A stretch of DNA of 64,000 nt from Candidatus Culexmicrobium cathedralense (lineage in GTDB: Archaea; Thermoproteota; Methanomethylicia; Culexarchaeales; Culexmicrobiaceae): assembly GCA_025061115.1 (NCBI GenBank), contig JANZKC010000001.1, positions 32,001 to 96,000 of the forward strand, read 5' to 3'. Positions 49,105 to 59,510 of the stretch are shown one piece after another. The notes below the pieces were generated by a model that saw only the letters and a list, made by a program, of their open reading frames with translations, made no database searches and was not told the DNA's origin. A program made the translations under genes and the position numbers. Each line of letters begins with the position of its first letter. Position 1 is the first letter of the stretch.

Positions 49105-49908
49105 TTGTTGGATGCGACAGCAAGGTTGATGTGGAGAAGAGTTAAGCGAGCAGTTGAACTAGCGGATGTAGTTCTTGAAGTTGTCGATGCACGTGATCCA
49201 TTAGGGACTAGGTGTAGAGAGGCTGAAAGACTGGTTAGGTTGATGGGTAAGAAGCTTATAATAGTAATCAATAAAGCCGACTTGGTTCCAAAGGAAATTC
49301 TTGAAGAATGGAAGAGGATTTTTCAAAAAGAGTATCCAACAGTTTACTTAAGTGCTAAGCATAGGCTTGGAACTAGAAAGCTTTGGATTGCAATTAAGAA
49401 AAATGCGCCAAAATTTCCAGTTAAGGTTGCTGTCGTGGGTTATCCTAAAGTTGGCAAATCCACGGTGATCAACGTTATTAAAGGGCGAAGTTCAGCTGAA
49501 ACTTCACCTAGACCTGGAGCGACTAGAGCTGAGAGGCTCGTTGCTGCAACAACTTGGCTTAAGCTTGTTGACAGCCCTGGAGTGATTCCCATTAGAGAAA
49601 ATGAAGTAAATTTAGCTTTAAAATGCATAGTCCCACCAGAAGAACTCAAAGACCCAGTAATACCTGCCATGGAGCTCATTAAAAGGGCTTTAGAGAAGAG
49701 GCCTGAAGCACTTCATGAAAAATACGGCTTTATAGTTGATGATCCATATGTGTTTCTAATTAAGCTCGCTAGGCGGCGAGGGCTCCTATCTAAAGGTGGC
49801 AAGCTCATCATAGAAGAAGCTGCAAAAATAGTAATAAGAGATTGGCAGGCGGGAGAACTTGTATTCTATTATACTCCACAGGATTATTGCTTTAAAAAGG
49901 AGGATTGA
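49105..49908 (+). CDS. Circularly permuted GTPase (YlqF/RbgA family)
   Basis: DARDP, NKAD, SAK, GYPKVGKS, DSPG. Confidence 0.93.
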   Translation: MLDATARLMWRRVKRAVELADVVLEVVDARDPLGTRCREAERLVRLMGKKLIIVINKADLVPKEILEEWKRIFQKEYPTVYLSAKHRLGTRKLWIAIKKNAPKFPVKVAVVGYPKVGKSTVINVIKGRSSAETSPRPGATRAERLVAATTWLKLVDSPGVIPIRENEVNLALKCIVPPEELKDPVIPAMELIKRALEKRPEALHEKYGFIVDDPYVFLIKLARRRGLLSKGGKLIIEEAAKIVIRDWQAGELVFYYTPQDYCFKKED

Positions 49909-50066
49909 ATTGCATTATTTAATAGAATTTAATCTTTCATAATCCACTTAAACTTCTTTGATCCACAAAAATCATTATTGGCTTTTAATTTTACATTTGA
50001 ATAATGTAAATTTATATAATGTAAATTCGCAAAATTTTTACAGTTCTATGATAAGTTTCTTATAAG

Positions 50067-50330
50067 GTGTTAATCGTGACGAAAAAAAGCAAGAAAAATT
50101 TTGAGGTTGTCGTTATCGCAGACAGATGTAAAGGTTGCGGCATATGCATTGGCATTTGCCCGGTTGGCGTCTTAGAGTTTAGTGCTCAATTCAATAGACG
50201 CGGATATCACTATTCAGAAGCCAAATATCCTGAAAAATGCATTGGATGTAAAAATTGTGAATTACACTGTCCAGACTTTGCCATATTTGTTAAGCCTTCT
50301 CATAAGCCCAAGTTCACTTTAATTCAATAA
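50067..50330 (+). CDS. 2x[4Fe-4S] ferredoxin (KorD/delta-subunit-like)
   Basis: CKGCGICIGICP and CIGCKNCELHCPDFAI. Confidence 0.9.
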   Translation: MLIVTKKSKKNFEVVVIADRCKGCGICIGICPVGVLEFSAQFNRRGYHYSEAKYPEKCIGCKNCELHCPDFAIFVKPSHKPKFTLIQ

Positions 50331-50737
50331 TTTGTTGGGTTTTCAATTGGTTTAAAGTAGTATCTAGGCCAATGCGGCCATCCTTCACCTTCAGCCTCTT
50401 CGAACTCAACTTTCACTTTTAAGCCAACTTTCAGCTTGTTTAGCTCTACATCCTTAATCATTCCCGGCAGCTTAACTCCGTCTTCCAATTCAACGATACC
50501 AACGGCATATGGTGCAAGGGACGCGAATTGCTGAGGGGCAACGTGAATTATGGTGAAAGTTTTAACCTCTCCTTTCCTCTTCAATTCAACCCACATAAAT
50601 TTCCTCGAACCACAGATTGGGCATGTCGGCTTAGGTGGCACTAGAATTTTCCCGCACTTGTTGCACTTTGCACCCATAAACTTTCCTTCACTACAAAACT
50701 GGTAGAAGCTTTCTATGGTAAATGGCTTCTCTTCCAC
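50324..50737 (-). CDS. DUF35 Zn-ribbon/OB-fold protein
   Basis: CNKCG...PP...CPICG plus OB fold; follows the thiolase. Confidence 0.92.
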   Translation of the reverse strand: MEEKPFTIESFYQFCSEGKFMGAKCNKCGKILVPPKPTCPICGSRKFMWVELKRKGEVKTFTIIHVAPQQFASLAPYAVGIVELEDGVKLPGMIKDVELNKLKVGLKVKVEFEEAEGEGWPHWPRYYFKPIENPTNY

Positions 50738-50738
50738 T

Positions 50739-51917
50739 TTAATCCCCCCTCACGTAAATGTGGACAACAGATGTGGCTCCGGACCCCCCTAAATTATGAG
50801 TTAAACCTATTTCTGCATTTTTAACCTGTCTTCTACCCGCTTCTCCAGTTAATTGAAGATATATTTCGTATGCTTGAGCAGCACCAGTAGCTCCAACAGG
50901 ATGACCCTTAGCCTTTAAACCTCCACTCGTATTAACCGGAACATCACCGTCCAGGAAGGTTACTCCTTCCTCAATTAACCTTCCTCCCTCGCCAGGCCTG
51001 CAAAAACCTAGGTCCTCATACTCAATTATTTCTGCAATTGTAAAGCAGTCATGCACTTCAGCTACATCAACATCCTTAGGCTCAACTTTAGCCATCTTAT
51101 ATGCTCTCTCAGCAGCAATTCTAGTAGACTTCATCGTAGTCAAGTCTTCCCTCTCATACAACCCAATAGTATCGTGGCCTTGGCCTGAACCAATAATGTA
51201 AACAGGAGTGTCGGTGTATTTTCTAGCTATTTCAGGTTTGGTTAGTATTAGGCATGAAGCGCCATCTGAAATCAATGAGCAGTCGTAAAGCTTAAGAGGC
51301 CAAGCTATAATCCGTGAAGAAAGCACTTTTTCAACAGTTACCTCCTTATGCATGTGAGCCTTTGGATTTAGAAGAGCATTTCTGTGGTTTTTAACTGCAA
51401 CTAAAGCCATTTGCTCCTCCGTAGTTCCATATTTATGCATGTGAGCAACAGCCATCAAGGCAAATAGACCTGGAAACGTTAAACCATGCCACTGCTCAAA
51501 CGGAAAGTCTGCGGCCATCGCTAGTATGTCCGTAACTTCAGGAGTGCTTCTATGGGTCATCTTTTCAACGCCACCGATGAGAACAACATCATAAAAGCCT
51601 GAAGCTATGGCCATTACGCCTAGGCGAAGAGCAGTGCCTGAAGATGCACATGCATTTTCAACCCTAATTCCTTCAGCTAATAGTAGATTGATCCACTCCA
51701 ACATTATCGGTGCATTGTGCTCTTGGTGTTCGAAGGAGCCGCTCATTTGACCAATGTATGCTACTTTAATTTCCTTAGGGTCAAGATTGGGGCATCGATC
51801 CAAAGCTTCTTGAAAAGCCTGAGCGAAAAGCTCCCTAGCATATTTACCATCAATTTTACCGAACTTCGATAAACCTGCGGAAACAATGGCAGCCAGAGGC
51901 TCTCTCATGCTCACCAC
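50739..51917 (-). CDS. Thiolase (acetyl-CoA C-acetyltransferase, SCP2-type)
   Basis: ENACASS, GVEKM, EVHDCF, NTSGGL..KGHPVGATG. Confidence 0.95.
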   Translation of the reverse strand: MVSMREPLAAIVSAGLSKFGKIDGKYARELFAQAFQEALDRCPNLDPKEIKVAYIGQMSGSFEHQEHNAPIMLEWINLLLAEGIRVENACASSGTALRLGVMAIASGFYDVVLIGGVEKMTHRSTPEVTDILAMAADFPFEQWHGLTFPGLFALMAVAHMHKYGTTEEQMALVAVKNHRNALLNPKAHMHKEVTVEKVLSSRIIAWPLKLYDCSLISDGASCLILTKPEIARKYTDTPVYIIGSGQGHDTIGLYEREDLTTMKSTRIAAERAYKMAKVEPKDVDVAEVHDCFTIAEIIEYEDLGFCRPGEGGRLIEEGVTFLDGDVPVNTSGGLKAKGHPVGATGAAQAYEIYLQLTGEAGRRQVKNAEIGLTHNLGGSGATSVVHIYVRGD

Positions 51918-52074
51918 CGCATTGCTGTAGCTAATAATAAATATTTTAGTTAATTAATTTGGTTTACGACTAAAGCAAAGCAAAAACGTTTTAAGTCCAA
52001 AATGATTGGGCGAAACACATTCACGTGAAATGATGATCATGTTATATTTTTAAGCAAGTGAAAGTTCACTATAA

Positions 52075-53007
52075 TTGGTGATTAAAGTGGCACAAGCAAA
52101 CAAGAGGAACTATGTGACATTAATTGCCGTTGTGAGTATATTGATAAATGCGTTCTTAGCTCCGCTAACGTTCATGTTATGGATAAGAAATGCTGAACTT
52201 TCAAATACCATTGAATTACTTTCTCAAGAAGTTAATAATTTATCAGGACAATTAAATTCGATTATTAAAGAGCTAAACTTTACTAAGCAGCAATTGGAGT
52301 ACTATAAATCCCAAGCAAAATACTATTCATCTCTAATTCATCGGGCTAGCGGAAACTTGACGTTTTTCGGCAAAACAATAATAAGCATAGTTGCTGTAAA
52401 GGCTGTTCCTAAAGGATTCTTCACAGTTACTTATGAAGGCGCAACACTTCGCTGTGAAGTAGAAATAATTGAAGGAGAGGGAAGGGTACTGGTAAATACA
52501 TCACCTAAAATTGGTATAGATTTGCAGGCAAGCGCAAGAACAGCAGTTTTAGTTGCTGAAAAAATCACTGAAACATCACTGGCTAATGCAGATGTTATAA
52601 TATCAATTTTTGCAGATGAGCCGATAGAGGTTGTGGACGGTCCAAGTGCAGGTGCAGCAATTACAGCTGCTATAATAGCAACAATTAATGGTGAAAAGCT
52701 TAACAGCAGCGTTTACATAACTGGGACAATAAATGCAGATGGGTCGATAGGGCAAGTTGGAGGAGTGCTTGAGAAGGCAATTGCAGCTGCGGAGTCCGGC
52801 TGCAAAATCTTTCTAGTTCCTCCTGGGCAATCAATGGTTACAGTGGCAATTCCCAAGGAATATCAAATTGCTCCAGGAGTTAAGATTGTAACGTATAAAT
52901 ATGAACAGGTAAGCTTAGAGCAATACTTGCTGGACTTAGGTTATTCAGTAAAAGTTTTTGAAGTTAGTAGCATCACTGAGGCGTACAAGTACTTCATCTC
53001 CAGTTAA
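52075..53007 (+). CDS. Membrane-anchored Lon-like (S16) serine protease without ATPase domain
   Basis: TM plus coiled coil; VDGPSAG (Ser) and GGVLEKA (Lys) dyad. Confidence 0.9.
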   Translation: MVIKVAQANKRNYVTLIAVVSILINAFLAPLTFMLWIRNAELSNTIELLSQEVNNLSGQLNSIIKELNFTKQQLEYYKSQAKYYSSLIHRASGNLTFFGKTIISIVAVKAVPKGFFTVTYEGATLRCEVEIIEGEGRVLVNTSPKIGIDLQASARTAVLVAEKITETSLANADVIISIFADEPIEVVDGPSAGAAITAAIIATINGEKLNSSVYITGTINADGSIGQVGGVLEKAIAAAESGCKIFLVPPGQSMVTVAIPKEYQIAPGVKIVTYKYEQVSLEQYLLDLGYSVKVFEVSSITEAYKYFISS

Positions 53008-53558
53008 AACTTGGATTGTAAGCATATTGTTTTTCAATACTGCCATAGTGAGATTCAAGCTGGAAATAGGGAGTTAAAAGCAAGCGGGTTAGGTTAAGAT
53101 ATGAGGAAGGGTTTTAGAGCATACCTTGAAAATCCTTGAAATGCTTAGAATACCGTACTTCGAGGTAATTCTGATGAACTAACATGCATTTCATGCAAGA
53201 GAAACATGCATAGAGTAGCTGAAAAATAGCTTTAAAATTCAGGGCTGAAGCAATAGTTGCAGTTGAAGATGCAGGAGAGTAGGCAAACCAAACAATCTGG
53301 AACTAGGAAGTTTATAGCTTCAGCAATATCCGCAATTCCAGTTCTGCGCCCAATTCTAACTTCGATAAACCTAAAAATGATAAGTTAGCACGTAAAAATA
53401 AACATATGAAATTTCAGCTAGAAATGTAGGTTGCCGCCAAGCATATTCTAGGAAAACCGCAACGAAAACTTCACTTAAAGAGGTTTTGGAAGCTGAAGCT
53501 AAAATAAATGTGGATCACCTAGTATATTATGCAGTTGAAAATGTAAAGGTGATTCCCA

Positions 53559-54383
53559 TTGGATGAGTCGGGTCAAGGCAAATATATAAATGCTATAGTT
53601 GACAGTCTAAAAGAAGCTCGCAAAGCAATTCTACATGGATTAAAGAGGCCTGATGCAGGAATAGCTCTAAAAACAGTTATGGGAGATGTAACCAAGTTAA
53701 TTGACAAAATCGCTGAAGACACCATCATAAACTGTCTAAAGAAGCACCTGAAAGACTTTCAAATATTAAGTGAGGAAGCTGGAAGAATAAGATTTGGAAG
53801 TGGATCGGGACCTATATTCATCATAGACCCGCTTGATGGAAGCACAAACGCCCTAAGAGGATATCCATGCTTTTCGGTTTCAATCGCAGCAGCACTTAAA
53901 CCTAGACTATCAAGCATAATTGCTGGTGGAGTAATTAATGTTGTTACTGGAGACATTTTTATAGCAGTTAAGGGTAAAGGTGCAAAACTAAATGGAAAGC
54001 CAATTAAGCCCTCTAAAGTCACTAAAATTGAAGACGCACTTATTGCTGCAGATTTAAATATTAGGTCTAAAATTCCAAATTACCTTGCTAAAGTGTGTAA
54101 GGTGATTGAAAAGGCCAAGCACTTTAGATTCATCGGTACGGATGCACTAGAAACGTGCTTTGTCGCTGCAGGAATATGCGATGCATTCATGGATTTAAGA
54201 GGATCCCTAAGAATCACCGACTTTGCAGCAGCATGCTTCATCGTAAAAGAAGCTGGAGGATTAGTAGTAAATGAAAAAGGCGAACCTCTAGACTTAGAGT
54301 TCGAAGGCAATGTTAGAGGGAAGTACATCGCTGCATGTACATCCGACCTCTTAAATGAAATCTTAAATAAACTTGAGGATTAG
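53559..54383 (+). CDS. suhB: Inositol monophosphatase / FBPase family protein
   Basis: SEE, IDPLDGSTN, D.AA...I..EAGG. Confidence 0.9.
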   Translation: MDESGQGKYINAIVDSLKEARKAILHGLKRPDAGIALKTVMGDVTKLIDKIAEDTIINCLKKHLKDFQILSEEAGRIRFGSGSGPIFIIDPLDGSTNALRGYPCFSVSIAAALKPRLSSIIAGGVINVVTGDIFIAVKGKGAKLNGKPIKPSKVTKIEDALIAADLNIRSKIPNYLAKVCKVIEKAKHFRFIGTDALETCFVAAGICDAFMDLRGSLRITDFAAACFIVKEAGGLVVNEKGEPLDLEFEGNVRGKYIAACTSDLLNEILNKLED

Positions 54384-54385
54384 TT

Positions 54386-55216
54386 TCATCCTCTAAAGAA
54401 TATCACAATGGTAATATTTAGATACGCAATTAAGAAGCCAATCAGCAACGCTCTCTCACTCCTCAAGTTCTTAGCAACACCTATTGCCGCTGAAAAAAGT
54501 AGACATGCAATAATTTGAGCAATAAACATTACAATGCTTAATAGATAATAATTATTGTTAAATAATTGAGTCAACGTAAGTGCCGGACATATTAGAAGCG
54601 GAATAGTCGAAAGCGCTAAGCCGGTAAATAATAATCGATAACCTCCAACTCTACCATGAAGTAGAAATGGAATAAGATTCGCTAAACCATAAATTGCTAG
54701 CCAACTTAAAATGAATTTTATAGCAGTTATCCAAGCCGGTTGCATAGGCCGGAAAGCAACGGTAAATAAAGTTAGTTCAGTTTTAGTATAAGCACAAAGC
54801 CAAGATCCAAAAGCCAAAATGAATAGAGAGATAATAATTGACTCATTCTTCATCTCAGAAAATGTCATAAAAATCCATCTCGGATGAAAAATTAGCCCAA
54901 ATCTGGATCTTAATTTGAAGGGAAAAGAGTATTTTCTATAGAATTTAGCATCTAAGATGCTTTCCCTACCATTTTTAAGCATGTTAAACGCAATCCAACC
55001 AAGCTCTGTTAAAGAATACTTCTTATCAACATCTCTATATATCAAGTCGCCTAATAAGTCCAAATTATAGTACAATGAGCCAGTGCTAATTTTTAATGCC
55101 CTTTTAATTTCAGTTACACTTGCCTTACCTCTTGAACCTAGGAACTCTATTATTCTCTGCCTAAGAGGATTGCTCAGCACTTGATATATCTTCGCTATTT
55201 CATCCTTGCTTGACAA
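54386..55216 (-). CDS. ArsR-like wHTH fused to multi-pass (Yip1-like) membrane domain
   Basis: LSNPLRQRII...STGSLYYNL..L...Y.LT..G followed by about five TM segments. Confidence 0.82.
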   Translation of the reverse strand: MSSKDEIAKIYQVLSNPLRQRIIEFLGSRGKASVTEIKRALKISTGSLYYNLDLLGDLIYRDVDKKYSLTELGWIAFNMLKNGRESILDAKFYRKYSFPFKLRSRFGLIFHPRWIFMTFSEMKNESIIISLFILAFGSWLCAYTKTELTLFTVAFRPMQPAWITAIKFILSWLAIYGLANLIPFLLHGRVGGYRLLFTGLALSTIPLLICPALTLTQLFNNNYYLLSIVMFIAQIIACLLFSAAIGVAKNLRSERALLIGFLIAYLNITIVIFFRG

Positions 55217-55326
55217 TGTCTATAGCACCAGCCCACCAAGAATACTCAAATGCACAATAATAAGACACGGAAAAATAAGTTCTTCGCAAAAAAAGAGTTT
55301 AAAGACTATTGACTTCGATGTGCACT

Positions 55327-55470
55327 CTATTTAATGCCTGCTCTAAAGTAAGCTCCACAGTTTGGACACTTAAACAGACCAATAGTGACTCCTTTCCTTC
55401 CTTTTGGAGCAAGAGTCCAAGTCTTCATTGGAGAGCCAACATCAGTACCGCATTTCGGGCATTTAGCCAT
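55327..55470 (-). CDS. creN7: Chromatin protein Cren7, zinc-ribbon (2x CxxC) variant
   Basis: Hand translation (not in track): [47 protein letters not shown]; [15 protein letters not shown]...G.YFR is the Cren7 signature. Confidence 0.92.
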   Translation of the reverse strand: MAKCPKCGTDVGSPMKTWTLAPKGRKGVTIGLFKCPNCGAYFRAGIK

Positions 55471-55728
55471 TTTTCAACACCCCATTTATTGATGTTCAAT
55501 GAATCATGGTATTGTTAATGAATATAAATCTTACGATGGTTAACTTCAATTAACTCATCACAATTAAGATTCGAAATTATTTCTTTAATCTATTTACAAA
55601 ATAATATAAAAATATTTTAAAATTTTAATAATATTTCATGTATTCGTCAGCTAAAGCATTTCGACGATTGTCAGAAAAACTCATGTTCACTTTAAAGTTT
55701 AAATCAATTCAAATCGACAATCATCACG

Positions 55729-56229
55729 CTATGAAGGTTTCTTCTTGATTTTCTGAAGAGCTAGATTGAGGACATCAATGAAACTCAGTTCGCCAATCAA
55801 CTTGCCATTATCAGTAATAACTGGAATTTCATCCATTATTTTTTCCACCATTTTCCTGCAAGCCTCTGCAATTGAGTCATCAGGCTTCACTGAAACCAGC
55901 TCACCTACATAATCTTTAGCTGTAGTGCCAATTAGAAATCTTAGTCCAATAGCTTCTCCTTCACGCTTTAATACATCCGTCTTCCCAACTTTAAGCGCTA
56001 TGAATTCGAGTAAACGCCTTGGAGTTATTATACCTATAAGCCTGCCATCTCGCACCACGTAGAACACTCGCCTCCTTGGTTCGCTTGCCATGAGCTCTAA
56101 AACGTTAACTATTGGAGTTCCATCATCGATTACGCCGCCGTGAACAGGACGCATGATATCTTTAACTAAAATTCTCTCTAGATCCTTAAGTTTATTCAAA
56201 TCTTGCTTTTCCAATTCGGCCATCTCCAC
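55729..56229 (-). CDS. CBS-domain pair protein
   Basis: VKDIM, YVVRDGRLIGIIT, IPVITDNGKLIGELS. Confidence 0.88.
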   Translation of the reverse strand: MEMAELEKQDLNKLKDLERILVKDIMRPVHGGVIDDGTPIVNVLELMASEPRRRVFYVVRDGRLIGIITPRRLLEFIALKVGKTDVLKREGEAIGLRFLIGTTAKDYVGELVSVKPDDSIAEACRKMVEKIMDEIPVITDNGKLIGELSFIDVLNLALQKIKKKPS

Positions 56230-56343
56230 TAGGGAGACAAATGCTTATTAATTGATGTTCTATCTATAGTCTTGCAAAGCATTATTTAAGTGCTAGCGTA
56301 AAAATATTTTGCTTCAAAAACCAGCAACGGAGGGATTGTACCA

Positions 56344-57807
56344 TTGGAGAAAACTGGAAGACGAGTGGAGACTAAGATTCAACCTACATTCGCAGAAGTA
56401 CTGTTGGGTGTGCTGATAAAGAGGCAGCGTCCCTTAGTGTTAATCTTAGCTCCAATCATATCAGTACTTTTTACGCTTAACATGGGATTTGATTTAATGC
56501 AAATAGTAGCAGCTTCAGCATTTCTAATCTCCGTTTTGGGAGCATTTCTATATTGGAGGTACAAGTTGATAATTGCATTTGCAAGTATAACGATCTTGCT
56601 TATGCTTGGCGTAATGGATGTACATACTCTTGTCGAGTCCGCTGAGTTTGATATCATCCTATTTCTAATAGCGATGACGCTGGTTATAACTCCTTTAAAA
56701 AGATCTGGATTCTTCAGATGGCTAACAATTTTGCTTTTAAAGTGGTCTAACTTTAGTATTTCCAGGCTTTTAACCTATTTCATGTTCACCTCCATGATTT
56801 TAGCTGCACTCATGGGCGCTGTAACATCCATAGTCCTCACGTCAACCATGATAATGGAGTTCTGCAGCTACTTCGAATTAAATCCAATCATACTTCTAAT
56901 AGCCATAATTTTATCTACTAATATTGGAAGCAGCGCAACTGCCCTGGGAAATCCAGTTGGCTTAATACTTGCACTTGGAGCTGGATTGAGCTTCGAAGAA
57001 TTCTTGAGATGGGCAACTCCGCCAGCCATCTTAAGCTTGATAGTGTTAATTCTAATTTTTAGATGGAGGTTCTGGAGAGAGCTAAGAGAAATGCAGGTGA
57101 AGTTGCAGAGGATCGTTAAAGAAAGAGGGATAGTGCTGGATGTTTGGGCTGCAGTTGAAGATGTAAAGCGCTTCTCAATTTCAGTCTTCATATTTACGGC
57201 AACGATAATTACAATTGCACTTCACAAGTCCATAGAGTCAATTCTACACTTGAAAGGCATGACCATGCTTGTTGGAATATCATTTCTCGGTGCAGCAGTT
57301 GCTTTATACCTTTATAGAGATGAAAGCAAGGAGATCGTTGAAAGGGAAGTGGATTGGTGGTCAATTCTATTTATAGCATTTCTATTCAGCCAGACAGGCG
57401 CATTAAAATATACTGGCGTAACAGATAGAATTGCTGAAATAATCGTAAATGTGGTTGGAAGCAACGAATACCTATTAATTGCAATTGTAGCAATCTCAGC
57501 TTTTGGCCTTTCAGCATTCCTAGATAACGTGCCTACAGTAGCTGCATTCATACCCATAATTTTAAGTTTATCCCAAAGAGGATTGGAAGTTTATCCTCAG
57601 TGGTGGATACTATTAATTGCTGGGTGCTATGCAGGAAACTTGACGCCACTAGCATCAGCTGCCAACATAATTGCACTAGGAATACTTGAAAAAGGAAAAG
57701 TTAAGATTACGCTTAAAGATTGGATTAAAATGAGCCTATTCCCATCAATAATTACCTTCGCATTAGCACTGGCCATGATAATAACTCAATTTTACTTACT
57801 ACCATAG
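56344..57807 (+). CDS. ArsB/NhaD/SLC13 family ion permease
   Basis: TNIGSSATALGNP, SAFLDNV, GNLT...SAAN. Confidence 0.9.
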   Translation: MEKTGRRVETKIQPTFAEVLLGVLIKRQRPLVLILAPIISVLFTLNMGFDLMQIVAASAFLISVLGAFLYWRYKLIIAFASITILLMLGVMDVHTLVESAEFDIILFLIAMTLVITPLKRSGFFRWLTILLLKWSNFSISRLLTYFMFTSMILAALMGAVTSIVLTSTMIMEFCSYFELNPIILLIAIILSTNIGSSATALGNPVGLILALGAGLSFEEFLRWATPPAILSLIVLILIFRWRFWRELREMQVKLQRIVKERGIVLDVWAAVEDVKRFSISVFIFTATIITIALHKSIESILHLKGMTMLVGISFLGAAVALYLYRDESKEIVEREVDWWSILFIAFLFSQTGALKYTGVTDRIAEIIVNVVGSNEYLLIAIVAISAFGLSAFLDNVPTVAAFIPIILSLSQRGLEVYPQWWILLIAGCYAGNLTPLASAANIIALGILEKGKVKITLKDWIKMSLFPSIITFALALAMIITQFYLLP

Positions 57808-57871
57808 CTAAGATAGGTCAATTAGCTCAAGTTAAAATTAATTTCAACGTTTATACGCCTAATTATACTCA

Positions 57872-59221
57872 TCATTTCTGGAAGGGCTCGGTGTGCACAA
57901 CTACCTTGACATCTCCAAGGACCTTTTTAATCTCCTCTTCAAGCTTAGTAGCTACTTCATGAGCTTCTTCAACAGTTAATTCTTCATCTACTAAGCAAGT
58001 TATATCCACTACATGCTTACCTTTAATCTCATACGCTAAAATCCTGTTTATACCTTTAACTTCAGGATGCATGCTGACAAGCTCATGAATTTTGGATGCA
58101 ATCTTCTCCACGTCAACTAGCTTCACAGATTTCATGTAGCTTGAAGGCTCAATATGAATAGTTACGTTTAGTACTTCAGGTATTTCAGCTTTAATTGCCT
58201 TCTCAATTTCATCAATAATTTTATGGGCATCCTTCAAAGAGATTTCAGGACTTAATTCAACATGAAAAGAAACTATGATTTTTCCATTTAAAGTTGATAT
58301 GTTTAGATCGTGCATGGACTTAACGTCTTTAAAGAAGGATATTATTCGCCTAACTCTTGACGACATTTCCTCCCTATGCTGAGGTTCTACATGAATTGTC
58401 ACAACCGCATTTCTCAACTCTCTCCTAATTTTCTCCTCAATTCTCGTTGCAACTAGATGAGCCCTATTAATATCCATATCATCGACAACAATAACGGTGG
58501 CTTCAACAAAGTACATTTTACCTGCCTTTCTAACTCTTAAATCCCTATGTTCAAGCACATCTTCAACCTCACCAATAATTTCCCTAAGCCTATGAACTGA
58601 AACGCCGATGACAGCATCACTAAGCTCCATCGCAGAATTGTACATGAGCTTTACACTTAAAACTCCTAGAAAAGTAGCAAGAAATAATGAAGCTAACGAG
58701 TCTCCATTAGCAGATCCAAATTTCGCCGAAAATAGTCCCAAAAAGGCTATTAAGGTGGATGCGAAGTCGGTGATAGCATGCATATAACCTGCTTTAGTAG
58801 AGTGACTCAAGCTACATCTTTCATGCCTAAATAACGACACTCTAAAAACATCTATGCAAAGCGTATAAGCTATAGCTATAAAACCCCAATCATTCACTTG
58901 AAAGATAAATCCCTTCCAAATACGATTAATTGATTCAAAGCCGATAAAAACTGAAATTATAATTAAAAACACTCCGCCAACAAAGCCTCCTAAAGCATCG
59001 ATTTTCCCATGTCCATAGGTGTGGTTCTCATCTGGAGGCTTCATCGACAACTTGGCCGCAACGAAAATTATCAAGCTCGAAATAGCATCCAGGAGAGCAT
59101 GAGCCGCATCACTAATGAGAGCTAAACTTCCAATGTAAAAGCCTATGATCCCTTCAACAAAAAGCGTGGAAGCAATAGCTATACTCGACAATTTCAATGC
59201 TCTAAGCTCGGAGCTGCTCAT
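57872..59221 (-). CDS. Cation diffusion facilitator with three C-terminal ZT_dimer domains
   Basis: SDAAHALLD, PPDENHTYGHGK, HAITD; three AH.I...IE...V.IH.EP repeats. Confidence 0.92.
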   Translation of the reverse strand: MSSSELRALKLSSIAIASTLFVEGIIGFYIGSLALISDAAHALLDAISSLIIFVAAKLSMKPPDENHTYGHGKIDALGGFVGGVFLIIISVFIGFESINRIWKGFIFQVNDWGFIAIAYTLCIDVFRVSLFRHERCSLSHSTKAGYMHAITDFASTLIAFLGLFSAKFGSANGDSLASLFLATFLGVLSVKLMYNSAMELSDAVIGVSVHRLREIIGEVEDVLEHRDLRVRKAGKMYFVEATVIVVDDMDINRAHLVATRIEEKIRRELRNAVVTIHVEPQHREEMSSRVRRIISFFKDVKSMHDLNISTLNGKIIVSFHVELSPEISLKDAHKIIDEIEKAIKAEIPEVLNVTIHIEPSSYMKSVKLVDVEKIASKIHELVSMHPEVKGINRILAYEIKGKHVVDITCLVDEELTVEEAHEVATKLEEEIKKVLGDVKVVVHTEPFQK

Positions 59222-59510
59222 TGTATCAATTGAAAAGGGTAAACAAACCTAAAGGCTTTTCTATCGAGCTTTTAGTAATATATAAAAAATGAGTAAATAT
59301 AGTATAAAATCACAATTACCCGAAGTACCCCTAACTTCACGGACGAGTTAAATAGTAGAATCATTACCAAATTAATTCCCGATTCTCAGCAGCCCCGCTG
59401 GGCAATAAGAGTTTTAAGTAAATTTGCTTGAATAAATGAAGCTCTCAACACAACATTGAGCTGCGACGCTACTCTACTTTAAGCTACAAAATTGCCTCAC
59501 GGGTGAGACC

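Noticed and set aside
53171-53215. CTGATGA...GAAAC hammerhead-like core
   Set aside because: Stem II does not close next to the core (A opposite A) and no stems I or III were found
55309-55518. Plus-strand 69-aa ORF
   Set aside because: Antisense shadow of cren7
59380-59510. Small hairpins upstream of the APC permease (possible c-di-AMP or other riboswitch)
   Set aside because: No match to a riboswitch consensus I can recognise
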